The notes under the pieces: generated by a model | What the model saw: the letters and a program-made list of their open reading frames with translations, nothing else | The model's database searches: none | Told to the model about the DNA's origin: nothing | NCBI GenBank assembly: GCA_964480955.1 | Contig: CAYZRW010000002.1 | Coordinates: 58,244 to 122,243, forward strand | Direction of reading: 5' to 3' | Length of the DNA: 64,000 nucleotides | Origin: an uncultured Candidatus Bathyarchaeia archaeon | Lineage (GTDB): Archaea; Thermoproteota; Bathyarchaeia; 40CM-2-53-6; RBG-13-38-9 | Part shown: piece by piece, positions 9,505 through 19,456 of the stretch | Position numbering within the stretch: position 1 is the first letter of the stretch | How the letters are laid out: each line of letters begins with the position of its first letter | Position numbers and translations under genes: made by a program

Positions 9505-10830
9505 TTGAAGATTGTCTTAGTACATCCGCCAAGTGACCCCCTCTGTCACGAAGCCATGTTCGGCCTAAAGGCCCCTCCGCTTGGACTTGCTTATATCACA
9601 TCCTACCTTGAAGAGAGGGGTTTCGAACCAGACATCATAGACTTGTCAGTCCAATACATGTCTAAAGATGACTTTAGATCTAAACTCGAGACTGCAAATC
9701 CTGATCTCGTCGGTGTCTACTGCTCCATCACAAGAGTCAAGCAAAGTCTAGAAGTAGCCCAAGTAGCGAAGTCCTTGGGGGCAACGGTAGTTCTAGGCGG
9801 CCCTCACGCCACAGTCAACTCTGAGACCCTCATAAGAAATGAAAACGTTGACGTGATTGTTCGAGGTGAGGGAGAAGAAAGCTTCACCAGATTGGCTGAA
9901 TCAATAGAATCAAAACATAGTCTAGCAAGCCTTAAGGGAATAGTCTTCAAGGACAGAGGAACTATCAGAATCACTCCGGAAGCACCCCTGATACCTAATC
10001 TTGACACCCTTCCCTTTCCGGCCTTCCATCTTCTCCCGATGAAACTTTACAGGATATGCAGCAGTATCCAAATCTGCACACTCTCCTCAAGCAGGGGATG
10101 TTCTCGCAACTGCAGATACTGCGTAGTGCCAAGAATGTATCAGGGTAGATGGCGCGGCAAGACTCCAAGCATAGTTGTTGACGAGATGGAGTACGTCTAC
10201 TCGGTCTACAAGCCAAGCCTCCTGCTGTTCTTCGACGAATTCTTCACAGAGGATCTTAGGAGAGTGGAATTGATCATGGATGAGATACGCAATAGGGGGC
10301 TAAACATAAAGTGGGCTTGCATGAGTACGGGGACAAATATCTCGAAGGAACTGATGGTCAAGATGCAGAAAGCGGGATGTTTAGCTCTCTTCTTTGGCGT
10401 TGAATGCGAGGTCATCACACCCACACCCGACCTTGTCGGACATGGATATGAAGATCTCGTCAGAAAAGCATTCACTAACGCTCACCAAGCAGGAATATTT
10501 CCAATAGCGAATGTTGTCTTTGGTTTCCCCGGGGAGACGCTAAGAGACTTCGAGAAACTTTTGGAATGGACTATTGAATTAGATCCCGACCATGCACTGT
10601 TCTTCAAGGCAGTTCCATACAGTGAATTCGAGAACGACGAACTGGAGAAGATGGAACGATTGGCTTACAAGAGATTTTACAGTAGAAGAAGTTATGTTTT
10701 GAAGCATGTTCTAAGGTCAATCTCGAGAGCAGCCAAATATGGGGATTTCTCGTTCGATTTCATCATGAAGTATTCGAAATGGTTTATGAAAACACTGATG
10801 AGAACATATTGTCTTCAAGACCTGCATTGA
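9505..10830 (+). CDS. B12-binding domain radical SAM enzyme (class B rSAM)
   Basis: TTG start preceded by GGAGG at 9491. N-terminal cobalamin-binding Rossmann region (IVLVHPP...PPLGLAYITSYLEERGFEPDIIDL). Radical SAM cluster motif CSRNCRYC (CxxxCxxC). Confidence 0.8.
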   Translation: MKIVLVHPPSDPLCHEAMFGLKAPPLGLAYITSYLEERGFEPDIIDLSVQYMSKDDFRSKLETANPDLVGVYCSITRVKQSLEVAQVAKSLGATVVLGGPHATVNSETLIRNENVDVIVRGEGEESFTRLAESIESKHSLASLKGIVFKDRGTIRITPEAPLIPNLDTLPFPAFHLLPMKLYRICSSIQICTLSSSRGCSRNCRYCVVPRMYQGRWRGKTPSIVVDEMEYVYSVYKPSLLLFFDEFFTEDLRRVELIMDEIRNRGLNIKWACMSTGTNISKELMVKMQKAGCLALFFGVECEVITPTPDLVGHGYEDLVRKAFTNAHQAGIFPIANVVFGFPGETLRDFEKLLEWTIELDPDHALFFKAVPYSEFENDELEKMERLAYKRFYSRRSYVLKHVLRSISRAAKYGDFSFDFIMKYSKWFMKTLMRTYCLQDLH

Positions 10831-10892
10831 TCTGGGGTACACTAGATGTACACATCGACAGACGAAAACCTACACGTGAAGGAGTCTCATCA

Positions 10893-11417
10893 ATGAAAAT
10901 CCCCACCAGAAAATTGGCTTTGGCTACCATTCTTGGCGCTGCTGCATGGGCTGTGAAAGCCGTGATGCCGGGTATTCCACTGAGTTTCGCTATTCCAGGG
11001 GCAAAAATAGATTTTGGTTGGGCTCCCGTAGTACTGGCGGCCATCTGGACGGGGACAATAGGCGGAATAATAGCTGGATCTCTCATGTCTCTTGTACCTA
11101 TACCTACTCTATTTATGACTGGATTTCTATGGACGCCTTGGACGCTAGCCGTAACTGGGTATTTGGCACAAGACCGCGGTTGGGGTTGGAAAGCCTCTCT
11201 TGTCTTCCCTTTGCTGCATGTTCCGATAGGCTGCGCGATTTTTACTTGGGTAGTCCCAATATTCACTTTCTTCGTTTGGCAAGTAGTGATGCCTACTATT
11301 TTCATAAGTGAATACACGGGTGCCGTCACTGCGGCTGCGTTAGCTCACTACGTTGAGAACAAACATCCTGATATTCTATCCCTGATCAAACAGGAATCAT
11401 GGGGCTCTCCCAAATGA
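10893..11417 (+). CDS. polytopic membrane protein of unknown function, possibly a small transporter or ECF S-component-like
   Basis: Likely ATG at 10893 in frame with the track ORF 10779..11417. About 174 aa with 5-6 hydrophobic helices, immediately downstream of the rSAM gene. Confidence 0.4.
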   Translation: MKIPTRKLALATILGAAAWAVKAVMPGIPLSFAIPGAKIDFGWAPVVLAAIWTGTIGGIIAGSLMSLVPIPTLFMTGFLWTPWTLAVTGYLAQDRGWGWKASLVFPLLHVPIGCAIFTWVVPIFTFFVWQVVMPTIFISEYTGAVTAAALAHYVENKHPDILSLIKQESWGSPK

Positions 11418-11437
11418 ACCTCGAGTAGGATACACCC

Positions 11438-12307
11438 ATGAAGAAGTTGTCAGGCTACATAAGGTTGACACGGCCGTATGTTCTTCTATCTACGAGTCTT
11501 CTCTTCATTGGACCCACATTCCTGAGTGTTGATGGTATTCCGCCGGCGAGACCCTTTCTTACGGGTTTTCTAGCAGTAATCTTGGCCATAGCGGCGGCAC
11601 ACATATCCAACGACTACTTCGACTGGAAAATCGATGCCAAGAACCCAAGGACTGCGAAACGCCCAATTCCAACTGGTCTGATATCTCCATATGAGGCTCT
11701 CTTCACCGGGTTGGTGCTAGGGATCATCGCATTTGCATCGACTCTTCTGCTGAATGCTTCTTCTACTCTGATAGCCATAGTAGCAGTTCCCCTGCCATTC
11801 ATCTACACCTACTTCAAAAGACACAAGATCCCTCTCGGCTTTGTCTGCCCGGTAATGGCAGTTGTTCTGATAATACTATTCGGATGCGCATCCGTGACCG
11901 GTAAGATGATAGAGGGCCATGTTTGGCTACTTCTGATTCTAGGTTTGGTTTGGGAGCCTGGACGTGATTTCATCAGTGAGATTCAAGATGTTGCGGTTGA
12001 TAAGGCTGAGGGGATCTTAACATTGCCAGTTATCTTATCGCCAAAGGCGGCTGCCAAATGCGTCCTTGCTCTCTTCTCTGTAACCTCGATCATTGGTGTA
12101 CTTGTTGGAGTCTTGGCAAGACTTGGAATTCCATATTTGGCAGTAGCATCTTTAGCTGGTCTTTGGCTAATCTACAGGAGTATAGGACTTGTGAACCAGC
12201 CAACCACTAAGAATGCTGTGAAAATGCGTGTTCGTGCCCCTGTGTATCTCATGGCTATTTCTATTGGCATAGCGATCGACTTCATTATCAGTAGGAGCTT
12301 GGCGTAG
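11438..12307 (+). CDS. UbiA-family prenyltransferase (DGGGP synthase-like)
   Basis: 289 aa, multi-TM, with Asp-rich motif NDYFDWKIDAKNPRTAKRPIP (NDxxDxxxD). GGPP synthase is the neighbour. Confidence 0.7.
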   Translation: MKKLSGYIRLTRPYVLLSTSLLFIGPTFLSVDGIPPARPFLTGFLAVILAIAAAHISNDYFDWKIDAKNPRTAKRPIPTGLISPYEALFTGLVLGIIAFASTLLLNASSTLIAIVAVPLPFIYTYFKRHKIPLGFVCPVMAVVLIILFGCASVTGKMIEGHVWLLLILGLVWEPGRDFISEIQDVAVDKAEGILTLPVILSPKAAAKCVLALFSVTSIIGVLVGVLARLGIPYLAVASLAGLWLIYRSIGLVNQPTTKNAVKMRVRAPVYLMAISIGIAIDFIISRSLA

Positions 12308-12434
12308 TCTCAGCATATTGCAGGCGCTTCAGGATTGTTGCCGTTAGCTATGAAAACGGCTATGATATTGATGTCTATCGGGAGAGCCTCCGCAAGGCGG
12401 TCCATTGCATAATTAGATTTCTATATGGCACGCT

Positions 12435-13478
12435 CTAGTACCGTGAGACAAACTTCGCTAGATCCTCAAGGATCCTTTGGTTGTGGAAATGCATTCCAAG
12501 CATGGCGTTTCTCGCCTCCCTTTCAAATCGTTCAGACATCCTCTGGACATGCTGTATTGACATAGAGCTTTCAAAGACATCTAGGGCCGCCCTTAATCCG
12601 CTGCGATCTGTATTTGAAGTGACTGGTCTTCGCAGAAAGCTCTGTGACGACCTGTCGGAGTTCCTGAAGGAATGTATCAAGACGAGGTTTGACCCTTGAC
12701 TAACAAGACCATTGCTCACTGAAACTGTGGGACATAGTTTTGCAGTCAAGATCTCTTGTACGTCATCGCTGAGCTGTAGGCTCAGTCCGAGAAACTCACC
12801 ATACCTAGAGAGTGACTTAATCTCCCGAGTATTTCCCCCTCCGGTGATTGCGCCACACTCTGCCGCCGCCTTTACCAAAGCTCCAGTCTTCTTTCTAACC
12901 ATCTTCAAGTATTCCTCTTCGGTCACAGCTTCAGGGCTCTTCTTGAATGACATATCCATATACTCACCCTCACACATCTCTATGCATGCTTCAGCTACGA
13001 TCCTCCTAATCTTGGCCGGTGAGTTCTCGGAGATTATCTGCATAGCCTTAGCGGTCAGGAGGTCAACACTGAGTACAGCGACGTTTCTGCCATATTTCGT
13101 GTGGACGGTGGGTGCCCCTCGCCTCTCTCTGTCTTCATCGATGAGGTCATCATGTATCAGTGAAGCAGTGTGTATGAGCTCTATGGCGGTAGCTACGGGT
13201 AGAGCTTTTTGAAAGTTGCCCCCAACCGCTTCGCATGCCAACAATGTTAGCAGTGGACGAAGCCTTTTACCTCCAGACCTGATTGGGTGGATTGAGGCTT
13301 CATAGAGAATTTGAGGTTCGGAGGGAGCTTGAAGGTTTTTAAAGAGTTCCTTTTCTATCGTTAGTAACTTGGCCCTCAACTGTTTGCTGTGTCCCATATG
13401 GTCTGTCCATAGACTTCTTGACTTTGCGGTACTATGCAATGACTCCAACACCATTGAGGTTCTAACTGGTGCGATCAA
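12435..13478 (-). CDS. trans-polyprenyl diphosphate synthase (geranylgeranyl diphosphate synthase-like)
   Basis: First aspartate-rich motif LIHDDLIDED, second motif region QLSDDVQE, and GKRLRP near the N-terminus. Confidence 0.8.
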   Translation of the reverse strand: MIAPVRTSMVLESLHSTAKSRSLWTDHMGHSKQLRAKLLTIEKELFKNLQAPSEPQILYEASIHPIRSGGKRLRPLLTLLACEAVGGNFQKALPVATAIELIHTASLIHDDLIDEDRERRGAPTVHTKYGRNVAVLSVDLLTAKAMQIISENSPAKIRRIVAEACIEMCEGEYMDMSFKKSPEAVTEEEYLKMVRKKTGALVKAAAECGAITGGGNTREIKSLSRYGEFLGLSLQLSDDVQEILTAKLCPTVSVSNGLVSQGSNLVLIHSFRNSDRSSQSFLRRPVTSNTDRSGLRAALDVFESSMSIQHVQRMSERFEREARNAMLGMHFHNQRILEDLAKFVSRY

Positions 13479-13503
13479 GGGAGTTGAAACTGGAGGAATA
13501 TCG

Positions 13504-14139
13504 TCATCGTTCTTGCTCTTGGCTAACCAAAACTACGCCGACCAAAAACAATGTTGCAAGGGAGGCTAGAAGCCAGCTGAGGACTCCGGTGTCGGGTAGC
13601 TTCAGGTTCTCAAGCCCACTGGATGTGCTTGCTTGTTTCTCGAAGGTCCACTCGTGGCATTGTGCACAATGATTCACGAAGGGTCCATGAGACTTGTGGC
13701 ATAGCTGACACTGAATATCTCCGAGGTGGTGTTGATGCGGATTGGGTTTTACATTACTTGTTTTCTGTGCTAGTTCATCGTAGCTGCCGTGACATTTGAG
13801 ACAGTATTCCTTTGTGAGGTTGGCTTCCGGGAGTGGCGTTTCATAGCTTCCAGTGACATAGTCAAATGCTTCCTTCATATACGTCGGAATCTCCATCACT
13901 CTATCTTTACCAGGCTCGATGTGGCAATCATCGCACGTGACACCTTCAACCGCATGTTTGTGATCCAGATATTGACCGGACTTCCAGGAGTCGTAGTATG
14001 GCTTCACAATATGGCAGGTGCCACAGAACTCTGCGGTTCCAGTGTACTCCCAGAAGCCTACTCCGGCGGCAATTATGATTACGAGAAGAACCACCAAAGC
14101 CTTGTTCTCAACTAGTCTGCCGACCTTCAACTTGGTCAA
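13504..14139 (-). CDS. membrane-anchored pentaheme c-type cytochrome (NapC/NirT/NrfH-like)
   Basis: Five CxxCH motifs (CGTCH, CDDCH, CLKCH, CQLCH, CAQCH). N-terminal TM helix and a C-terminal hydrophobic segment. Confidence 0.8.
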   Translation of the reverse strand: MTKLKVGRLVENKALVVLLVIIIAAGVGFWEYTGTAEFCGTCHIVKPYYDSWKSGQYLDHKHAVEGVTCDDCHIEPGKDRVMEIPTYMKEAFDYVTGSYETPLPEANLTKEYCLKCHGSYDELAQKTSNVKPNPHQHHLGDIQCQLCHKSHGPFVNHCAQCHEWTFEKQASTSSGLENLKLPDTGVLSWLLASLATLFLVGVVLVSQEQER

Positions 14140-14174
14140 CCCGAAGCTTTCCTAAGCAATAAATTCAAGCATAT

Positions 14175-14648
14175 TTAAGATAAACTCTCAACCTCCCGCA
14201 GGACCAATTCTATAATCTTGGGAACGGCTGAGCCAACCTTCTCCGTGAGTTCGATTCTCATTCTTGTGGTGTCCTCGGGCTCACAACCGATAATCACTAT
14301 ATCTTTGGGCATGCTGCTGAGTCTTCGACCTATAGCTATAGTCTTCTCCAGATTGATCTCGTGCATACTCATATAGACAATCTCTCGTAGATCTTCGTCT
14401 ACAACATCTACATCGCGAGGGTTTATTCTGTAGACGGTACCTGTGGCCATTCCTAGCTTGACAGCGTCAATGAATATGACCTTGTCATAGTTTCTGGAGT
14501 AGTGAAGAATATCCATTCCCGAAGTCCCCAGATCCATAACATCAACATTGGAGGGCAACTTGATCCGGGTGAGTTCCTTGACCACATGAGGCCCAAGGCC
14601 GTCGTCGCATCTTAGGAGGTTGCCAACTCCAGCCACAAGTATCTTCAA
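14175..14648 (-). CDS. [NiFe] hydrogenase maturation endopeptidase (HyaD/HybD/HycI family)
   Basis: 157 aa. N-terminal ILVAGVGNLLRCDDGLG and conserved Asp/His positions. It sits next to the hydrogenase structural genes, whose large subunit has a cleavable C-terminal extension. Confidence 0.85.
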   Translation of the reverse strand: MKILVAGVGNLLRCDDGLGPHVVKELTRIKLPSNVDVMDLGTSGMDILHYSRNYDKVIFIDAVKLGMATGTVYRINPRDVDVVDEDLREIVYMSMHEINLEKTIAIGRRLSSMPKDIVIIGCEPEDTTRMRIELTEKVGSAVPKIIELVLREVESLS

Positions 14649-14929
14649 TTCACTACTCCAGCCTTATCTATGGACTAGTGCTGAAAGCCAGATATCCTTG
14701 TTGAATCTCAGCTTAATCGCATTGATTCTCTCTGTTAGCTGTCACCGTATCACAAGAACTGATCTGTCTCGCAGAGAGTTCTGGGTCTTTGCTTAGGCTT
14801 AGTCATTTCACCGAACCACTCGACCATGACCCTCTCAACAGTTGAAGAGATTAGTCCCCTTGAGTGGCGTCAAGCTTAAGAGGAACAGACGGCACATGCT
14901 GAAACTCAAAATCTGTAGTTGAAGGATCC

Positions 14930-16006
14930 ATGGAGAAGAAGACAGACATTACACTTTCCAGACGCAGCTTTCTGAGAGCCGGTGTGGGTGCCGCCGCACT
15001 ATTCTCCACCTTCCGCCTTGACGACGCTATCGTAAAGGAGGCTATGAGCCAGATACGTGAAGGCGGAGTCTCTATACTCTGGGTTTGCGGTGCAGCCTGC
15101 CAATCTTGCACCGTCTCACTTCTAAACACAACTTATCCAGATGTCACAGACGTGATCTTTGGGACACTCCCGGAGGTAAAGTTGGACTTTGATTTCCAGA
15201 CGGTAGTGATGCCGAAGTGGGGAGAGGAGGCCCTTGAGGCCCTTAGAAATCCGCCGGAGAACTACGTGCTCATCGTTGAAGGTTCGATACCAACAAAGAG
15301 TGACGGAATCTTCTGTACGATCGGCGAGGTCGACGGGAAAGCTGTAACTGTGGCAGATTGGGTGAGGAAACTTTCAAGGCAAGCCATGGCTGTTGTCGCT
15401 GTTGGAACCTGCGCTTCCTATGGTGGCATACCCGCTGGTTCTCCAAATCCGACTGGTGCGGTTGGAACGATAGAGTTTCTGGGGGTCAATTATGCCTCTA
15501 GACTTAACCTGCCGATTGTCAATGTTCCGGGATGCCCACCGCATCCAGACTGGATCGTTGGAACCTTGGCTAGCGTCGTCCTTGCCGCAAGGAAACGCTA
15601 TCCTTTCCCAGAACTTGACTTACTGGGTCGACCGACGATGTATTTCGGCAGATCGGTTCATGATGACTGCCCGAGGAGAGGTCTCTATGAGGAAGGAGAG
15701 TTCGCGGCAAGGTTTGGCCATGACGGATGCATACACCAGTTGGGTTGTAAAGGACCAATATCCTATGCGGACTGCAATTCGAGGAAATGGAACAATGGCT
15801 TAAACTCATGCACAATATCAGGCGCGCCTTGTATAGCATGTGTCCAGCCAGAGTTTCCCGACAGAGCGTCCCCATTCTTCGAACCACTCCCTATACCTCC
15901 ACTCTCATACAGAGAGGCTGCCGCGGTTGGAATGGCTGTTGGAGGAGTCCTTGCGGGAGCCTACTGGCTTCAAGGGAGGAAAGAGAAGAAGAGAGGTGGC
16001 CAGTAA
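14930..16006 (+). CDS. [NiFe] hydrogenase small subunit, Tat-exported, membrane-bound group 1 type
   Basis: Twin-arginine signal SRRSFLRAGVGAAAL, Fe-S cluster cysteines, and a C-terminal hydrophobic anchor AAAVGMAVGGVLAGAYWL. Confidence 0.9.
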   Translation: MEKKTDITLSRRSFLRAGVGAAALFSTFRLDDAIVKEAMSQIREGGVSILWVCGAACQSCTVSLLNTTYPDVTDVIFGTLPEVKLDFDFQTVVMPKWGEEALEALRNPPENYVLIVEGSIPTKSDGIFCTIGEVDGKAVTVADWVRKLSRQAMAVVAVGTCASYGGIPAGSPNPTGAVGTIEFLGVNYASRLNLPIVNVPGCPPHPDWIVGTLASVVLAARKRYPFPELDLLGRPTMYFGRSVHDDCPRRGLYEEGEFAARFGHDGCIHQLGCKGPISYADCNSRKWNNGLNSCTISGAPCIACVQPEFPDRASPFFEPLPIPPLSYREAAAVGMAVGGVLAGAYWLQGRKEKKRGGQ

Positions 16007-17487
16007 TGGTTGAGATTACGATAGACCCTGTCACTAGGATTGAGGGGCACCTCAACATCAAGGTGGAACTGGAGGAAAATAGATTCACTGATGCTTGGAC
16101 TTCACATTCACTCTTCAGAGGCTTTGAGGAGATTCTTCAAGGAAGAGACCCTAGAGACGCCATCTACATCGCATCCCGGATGTGTGGTGTATGCTACACT
16201 TCACACGGAATAGCTGCAGCCTTGGCGCTTGACCAAGCGATGAGAGTCAAGCCACCGCCTCTTGGAACATCGCTCAGAGTCCTCACCCAATACGCGGAGT
16301 GGCTGTATGACCACCTACTGATACTCTTCGCTCTGGAAGGCCCGGATTATGGCCCACCTTTTGGGAGACTTGACGAACTTGCTGCACTGAAAGGCAAGGG
16401 CTACCTTGAAGCGTTGAAGATGTCAAGACTAGCTAGAGAAGCAACGGCTGTATGGGGAGGAAAGATGCCCCATCAAGCTACGTTCGTTCCAGGCGGCATC
16501 ACAGAATTCCCGGACACTAGGAAATTTGCAAACTTCACCTACAGACTCCTAGAAGTGAAGAGATGGATTGATGACTACATGATTCCCTTGATGGACAAGT
16601 TTTATGACTCCTACAAGGATGAGTTGACCGATTCCGGCGAACGGGAGGCGAACTTGCTCAGTTACGGAGTATTCGACGACGAGACACTCAACCCACAGAA
16701 TAGAATGATGAAGCCTGGAGTCATCATAAACGGTAACTTGACTGCAACAAACCTCTATGATGAGATTGCCCCAAAGATCACTGAGTACGTGACACACTCA
16801 TGGTATACTGAGGATTCAGCCGGAGAACCTACCAAAACAAAGGTGCCCATACCGCAGTATACTGGCCTACAGAAAGACGGTAAATACTCATGGTGTAAGG
16901 CACCGCGTTGGGACGATAACGTTGTGGAGGTGGGGCCTCTTGCCCGGATGTGGAGCACGGCGCTGCAGGACGGGGGAAAGATTCAGACCGACGCTGGTGT
17001 TTGGTCCCCACCGAAGAAACCTGACACTATCGAGAGAATATATGCAAGAGGATACGAAGCCGCCTTAGTCGCAACAAAGCTTATCGATAAACTTTACGAG
17101 CTTCTAGACCTTATCAACCGCGGTGAACGCGAAGTCTTTCAGCCATTCTCTATCCCGGAGAGTTCAGAGGGATATGGGCTTACAGAGGCCGCAAGGGGAG
17201 CTCTTGGACACTGGGTAAAGGTTGAGAACAAGAAGATCGCTAGATACCAAGTCATTACACCTACAACTTGGAACGGTTCTCCCAGAGACAATCAGGAAAG
17301 ACGTGGCCCAATAGAGGAAGCCTTAGCGAACACCGTTGTCAAGAATACAGACCCAACTCTAGATGCGGTCAGAGTGGTGCGGGCCTTCGACCCCTGCATA
17401 GCATGTGCAGTACATGTCCTAGATGGGAGCAGGGTCTCAACCCGGCATATAGAGGTCTTCGGAGATATAGTCAGGCCGCAGAGATAA
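16006..17487 (+). CDS. [NiFe] hydrogenase large subunit
   Basis: ATG at 16006 overlaps the small-subunit stop. N-terminal RIEGH and RMCGVCYTSH (RxCGxC Ni-binding). C-terminal DPCIACAVH followed by a protease-cleaved extension. Track ORF 15787..17487 includes upstream read-through. Confidence 0.9.
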   Translation: MVEITIDPVTRIEGHLNIKVELEENRFTDAWTSHSLFRGFEEILQGRDPRDAIYIASRMCGVCYTSHGIAAALALDQAMRVKPPPLGTSLRVLTQYAEWLYDHLLILFALEGPDYGPPFGRLDELAALKGKGYLEALKMSRLAREATAVWGGKMPHQATFVPGGITEFPDTRKFANFTYRLLEVKRWIDDYMIPLMDKFYDSYKDELTDSGEREANLLSYGVFDDETLNPQNRMMKPGVIINGNLTATNLYDEIAPKITEYVTHSWYTEDSAGEPTKTKVPIPQYTGLQKDGKYSWCKAPRWDDNVVEVGPLARMWSTALQDGGKIQTDAGVWSPPKKPDTIERIYARGYEAALVATKLIDKLYELLDLINRGEREVFQPFSIPESSEGYGLTEAARGALGHWVKVENKKIARYQVITPTTWNGSPRDNQERRGPIEEALANTVVKNTDPTLDAVRVVRAFDPCIACAVHVLDGSRVSTRHIEVFGDIVRPQR

Positions 17488-17514
17488 GCGAGAACTCTCA
17501 TCCAGTGACCTATA

Positions 17515-18234
17515 ATGCTGAACTACATGCAGCTCTTCGATTTCTCGAGGTCAGTCCTTCCTCTGATAACACTTGTGGTCTTTATTATTGGAGTAGCGTT
17601 GCGAATCGCTAAATGGGCCAGTTTCGGCTTTCCGAAAATGAGGAGGCCACCTGCAAAGTCCAACAGACTGTGGGGTGCTATCAAGAACTGGTCGATCAAC
17701 ATGCTCCCTCCCTGGGACTTGGCTGGAAGGGCTGAGCCAGTGGCGTACGTCGTCGGAATAACAATGCATGTTACATGCATATTGATATTGCTTGGTGCAT
17801 TGCACGCAGCCTCTGTTCTGCACATCCTCGATCTCCCAGTCTACCCATCGAGGTTTCGACTTCCAGTGATACCTGCATCCAGCCTTCCCATAACGGTTCC
17901 AAGGAAACTCCTAACCTATGTCATCACCCCAATCTTTCTCTCAACATTGGCTATACTCATTCTCCGGAGGATATACCACAAACTGAGAGGTGGCCCCCTG
18001 AAGGCCGTCACTATCAAGACAGACTGGATCGCCTCGCCGCTGTTATGGTTAGCTGGACTCACAGGCTTCTTATCAGTCGTCTCCTACGAACCCCATACGC
18101 CAATCCTGACGTTGCACCTTATCCTAACCCAAGTCTTCATAATGTATCTTCCATACAGCAAACTCATCCACAGTGCCGCAGTCTTCTTGGTTAGAACATG
18201 GTTTGGGTTCAGACGGGCGATCTATGGAGTGTAG
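17515..18234 (+). CDS. hydrogenase-associated membrane b-type cytochrome (Isp1/NarI/HdrE-like)
   Basis: 239 aa, 5-6 TM helices with conserved His residues. Immediately downstream of the large subunit. Confidence 0.6.
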   Translation: MLNYMQLFDFSRSVLPLITLVVFIIGVALRIAKWASFGFPKMRRPPAKSNRLWGAIKNWSINMLPPWDLAGRAEPVAYVVGITMHVTCILILLGALHAASVLHILDLPVYPSRFRLPVIPASSLPITVPRKLLTYVITPIFLSTLAILILRRIYHKLRGGPLKAVTIKTDWIASPLLWLAGLTGFLSVVSYEPHTPILTLHLILTQVFIMYLPYSKLIHSAAVFLVRTWFGFRRAIYGV

Positions 18235-19454
18235 TTGCCTTGGTCGATAAGGTATTCCTGTCATTCAAATTACTTGACGGTTACCAGACTATCAATATGG
18301 AGACCTGTACCAGATGCGGTGCCTGCGGCCGCTCCTGCCCCGCGTACACCGTAACTAAAGATGACTACGCCGTACCCGCATGGAAGGGTGTAGAGTTCAG
18401 AAGACTGCTGAACAGGCAGAGAGGCTTCCTCTCAGCCGTCCTCGGACAGAGACCGATTCCAAGAGAATGGTTGCGCAACATATCAAGTAAAGGCCTCTAC
18501 CTATGCACTCTATGCGGAAGATGCATGCCTGGATGCGTCTTCAACATTCAGAATCTTGAACTTTGGGAGGTGCTACGGTCAATAATCCATGAGGAGGGAG
18601 AGGCTTCACCCAGCCTGATGAAAGTTTCTGCCTCGCTTGAACATAATAGGAACCCATACGACCGCGACCACGCTGAAAGGTTGAGGTGGATCAAAGAACT
18701 GGGTTTAGAAGATGTGAAGACAGGAGAGAGAGCCGAGGCCTTGTACTATGTTGGTTGCACCTCTTCATATCAGGAACAGGGAATAGCCTCATCCACCGCA
18801 AGTATTCTTAACAGGATGAATGAAGACTGGTCCCTCTTCGGCAGCGATGAATGGTGCTGTGGCGACCCATACTTTGCGGTTGGCGACCGAGACAAGGCGA
18901 AAGAGTTTGCGCAACACAACTTGGAAGTCGCGTCGTCTCTGGGCGCGAAAAGGATAATCACAAGCTGCGCACATTGCTACAGAATGTGGAAGTGGAAGTA
19001 TCCTCAACTCCTCGGGAAGAATCATGAACTTCAGATTCTTCACACAACAGAATACCTTCATGAATGCGTAGAATCGGGCAAGTTGAAGCTTGAGAAAAGA
19101 GTCTCGGGCAAGATAACTTACCACGACCCATGTTACCTATCGAGGCTCGGCGATGTCGTGAATGAACCCAGAAGCATCATAGGAAAGGTTGCTGAGAACT
19201 ATGTTGAGATGAAGGAGAGGAAGTTCGACACCTTCTGTTGCGGAGGCGGAGGCATCTCAGAAGTTGTGAACAAAGACCTTTGGACAAAGATTGGGGATGA
19301 AAGACTCAGACAAGCCAAGTCGGTTAATTCTGAGATATTGGTTTCAGCCTGTCCGTTCTGCCGGAGATCCCTCACACAAGCCGCTGAGAGATCAAGAAGC
19401 AACATTCAGGTTCTTGACATAACAGAGCTTGTAGCCAAAGAATTGAAGGACTAG
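18198..19454 (+). CDS. Fe-S CCG-domain protein, Isp2/HdrD/GlpC-like. The likely true start is ATG 18297.
   Basis: Ferredoxin motif CTRCGACGRSCP, a second cluster CTLCGRCMPGC, and two CCG-type cysteine-rich domains (YYVGCTS...CCGDPY and DPCYLSR...FCCGGGG). Confidence 0.7.
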   Translation: MVWVQTGDLWSVVALVDKVFLSFKLLDGYQTINMETCTRCGACGRSCPAYTVTKDDYAVPAWKGVEFRRLLNRQRGFLSAVLGQRPIPREWLRNISSKGLYLCTLCGRCMPGCVFNIQNLELWEVLRSIIHEEGEASPSLMKVSASLEHNRNPYDRDHAERLRWIKELGLEDVKTGERAEALYYVGCTSSYQEQGIASSTASILNRMNEDWSLFGSDEWCCGDPYFAVGDRDKAKEFAQHNLEVASSLGAKRIITSCAHCYRMWKWKYPQLLGKNHELQILHTTEYLHECVESGKLKLEKRVSGKITYHDPCYLSRLGDVVNEPRSIIGKVAENYVEMKERKFDTFCCGGGGISEVVNKDLWTKIGDERLRQAKSVNSEILVSACPFCRRSLTQAAERSRSNIQVLDITELVAKELKD

Positions 19455-19456
19455 TC

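Noticed and set aside
10784-11329. 181-aa ORF on the - strand
   Set aside because: It is antisense to a hydrophobic membrane-protein ORF that follows the rSAM gene in operon orientation. No motifs.
15787-16005. Upstream 219-nt extension of the hydrogenase large-subunit ORF
   Set aside because: It is read-through in another frame of the small-subunit gene. The true start is ATG 16006, overlapping the small-subunit stop.
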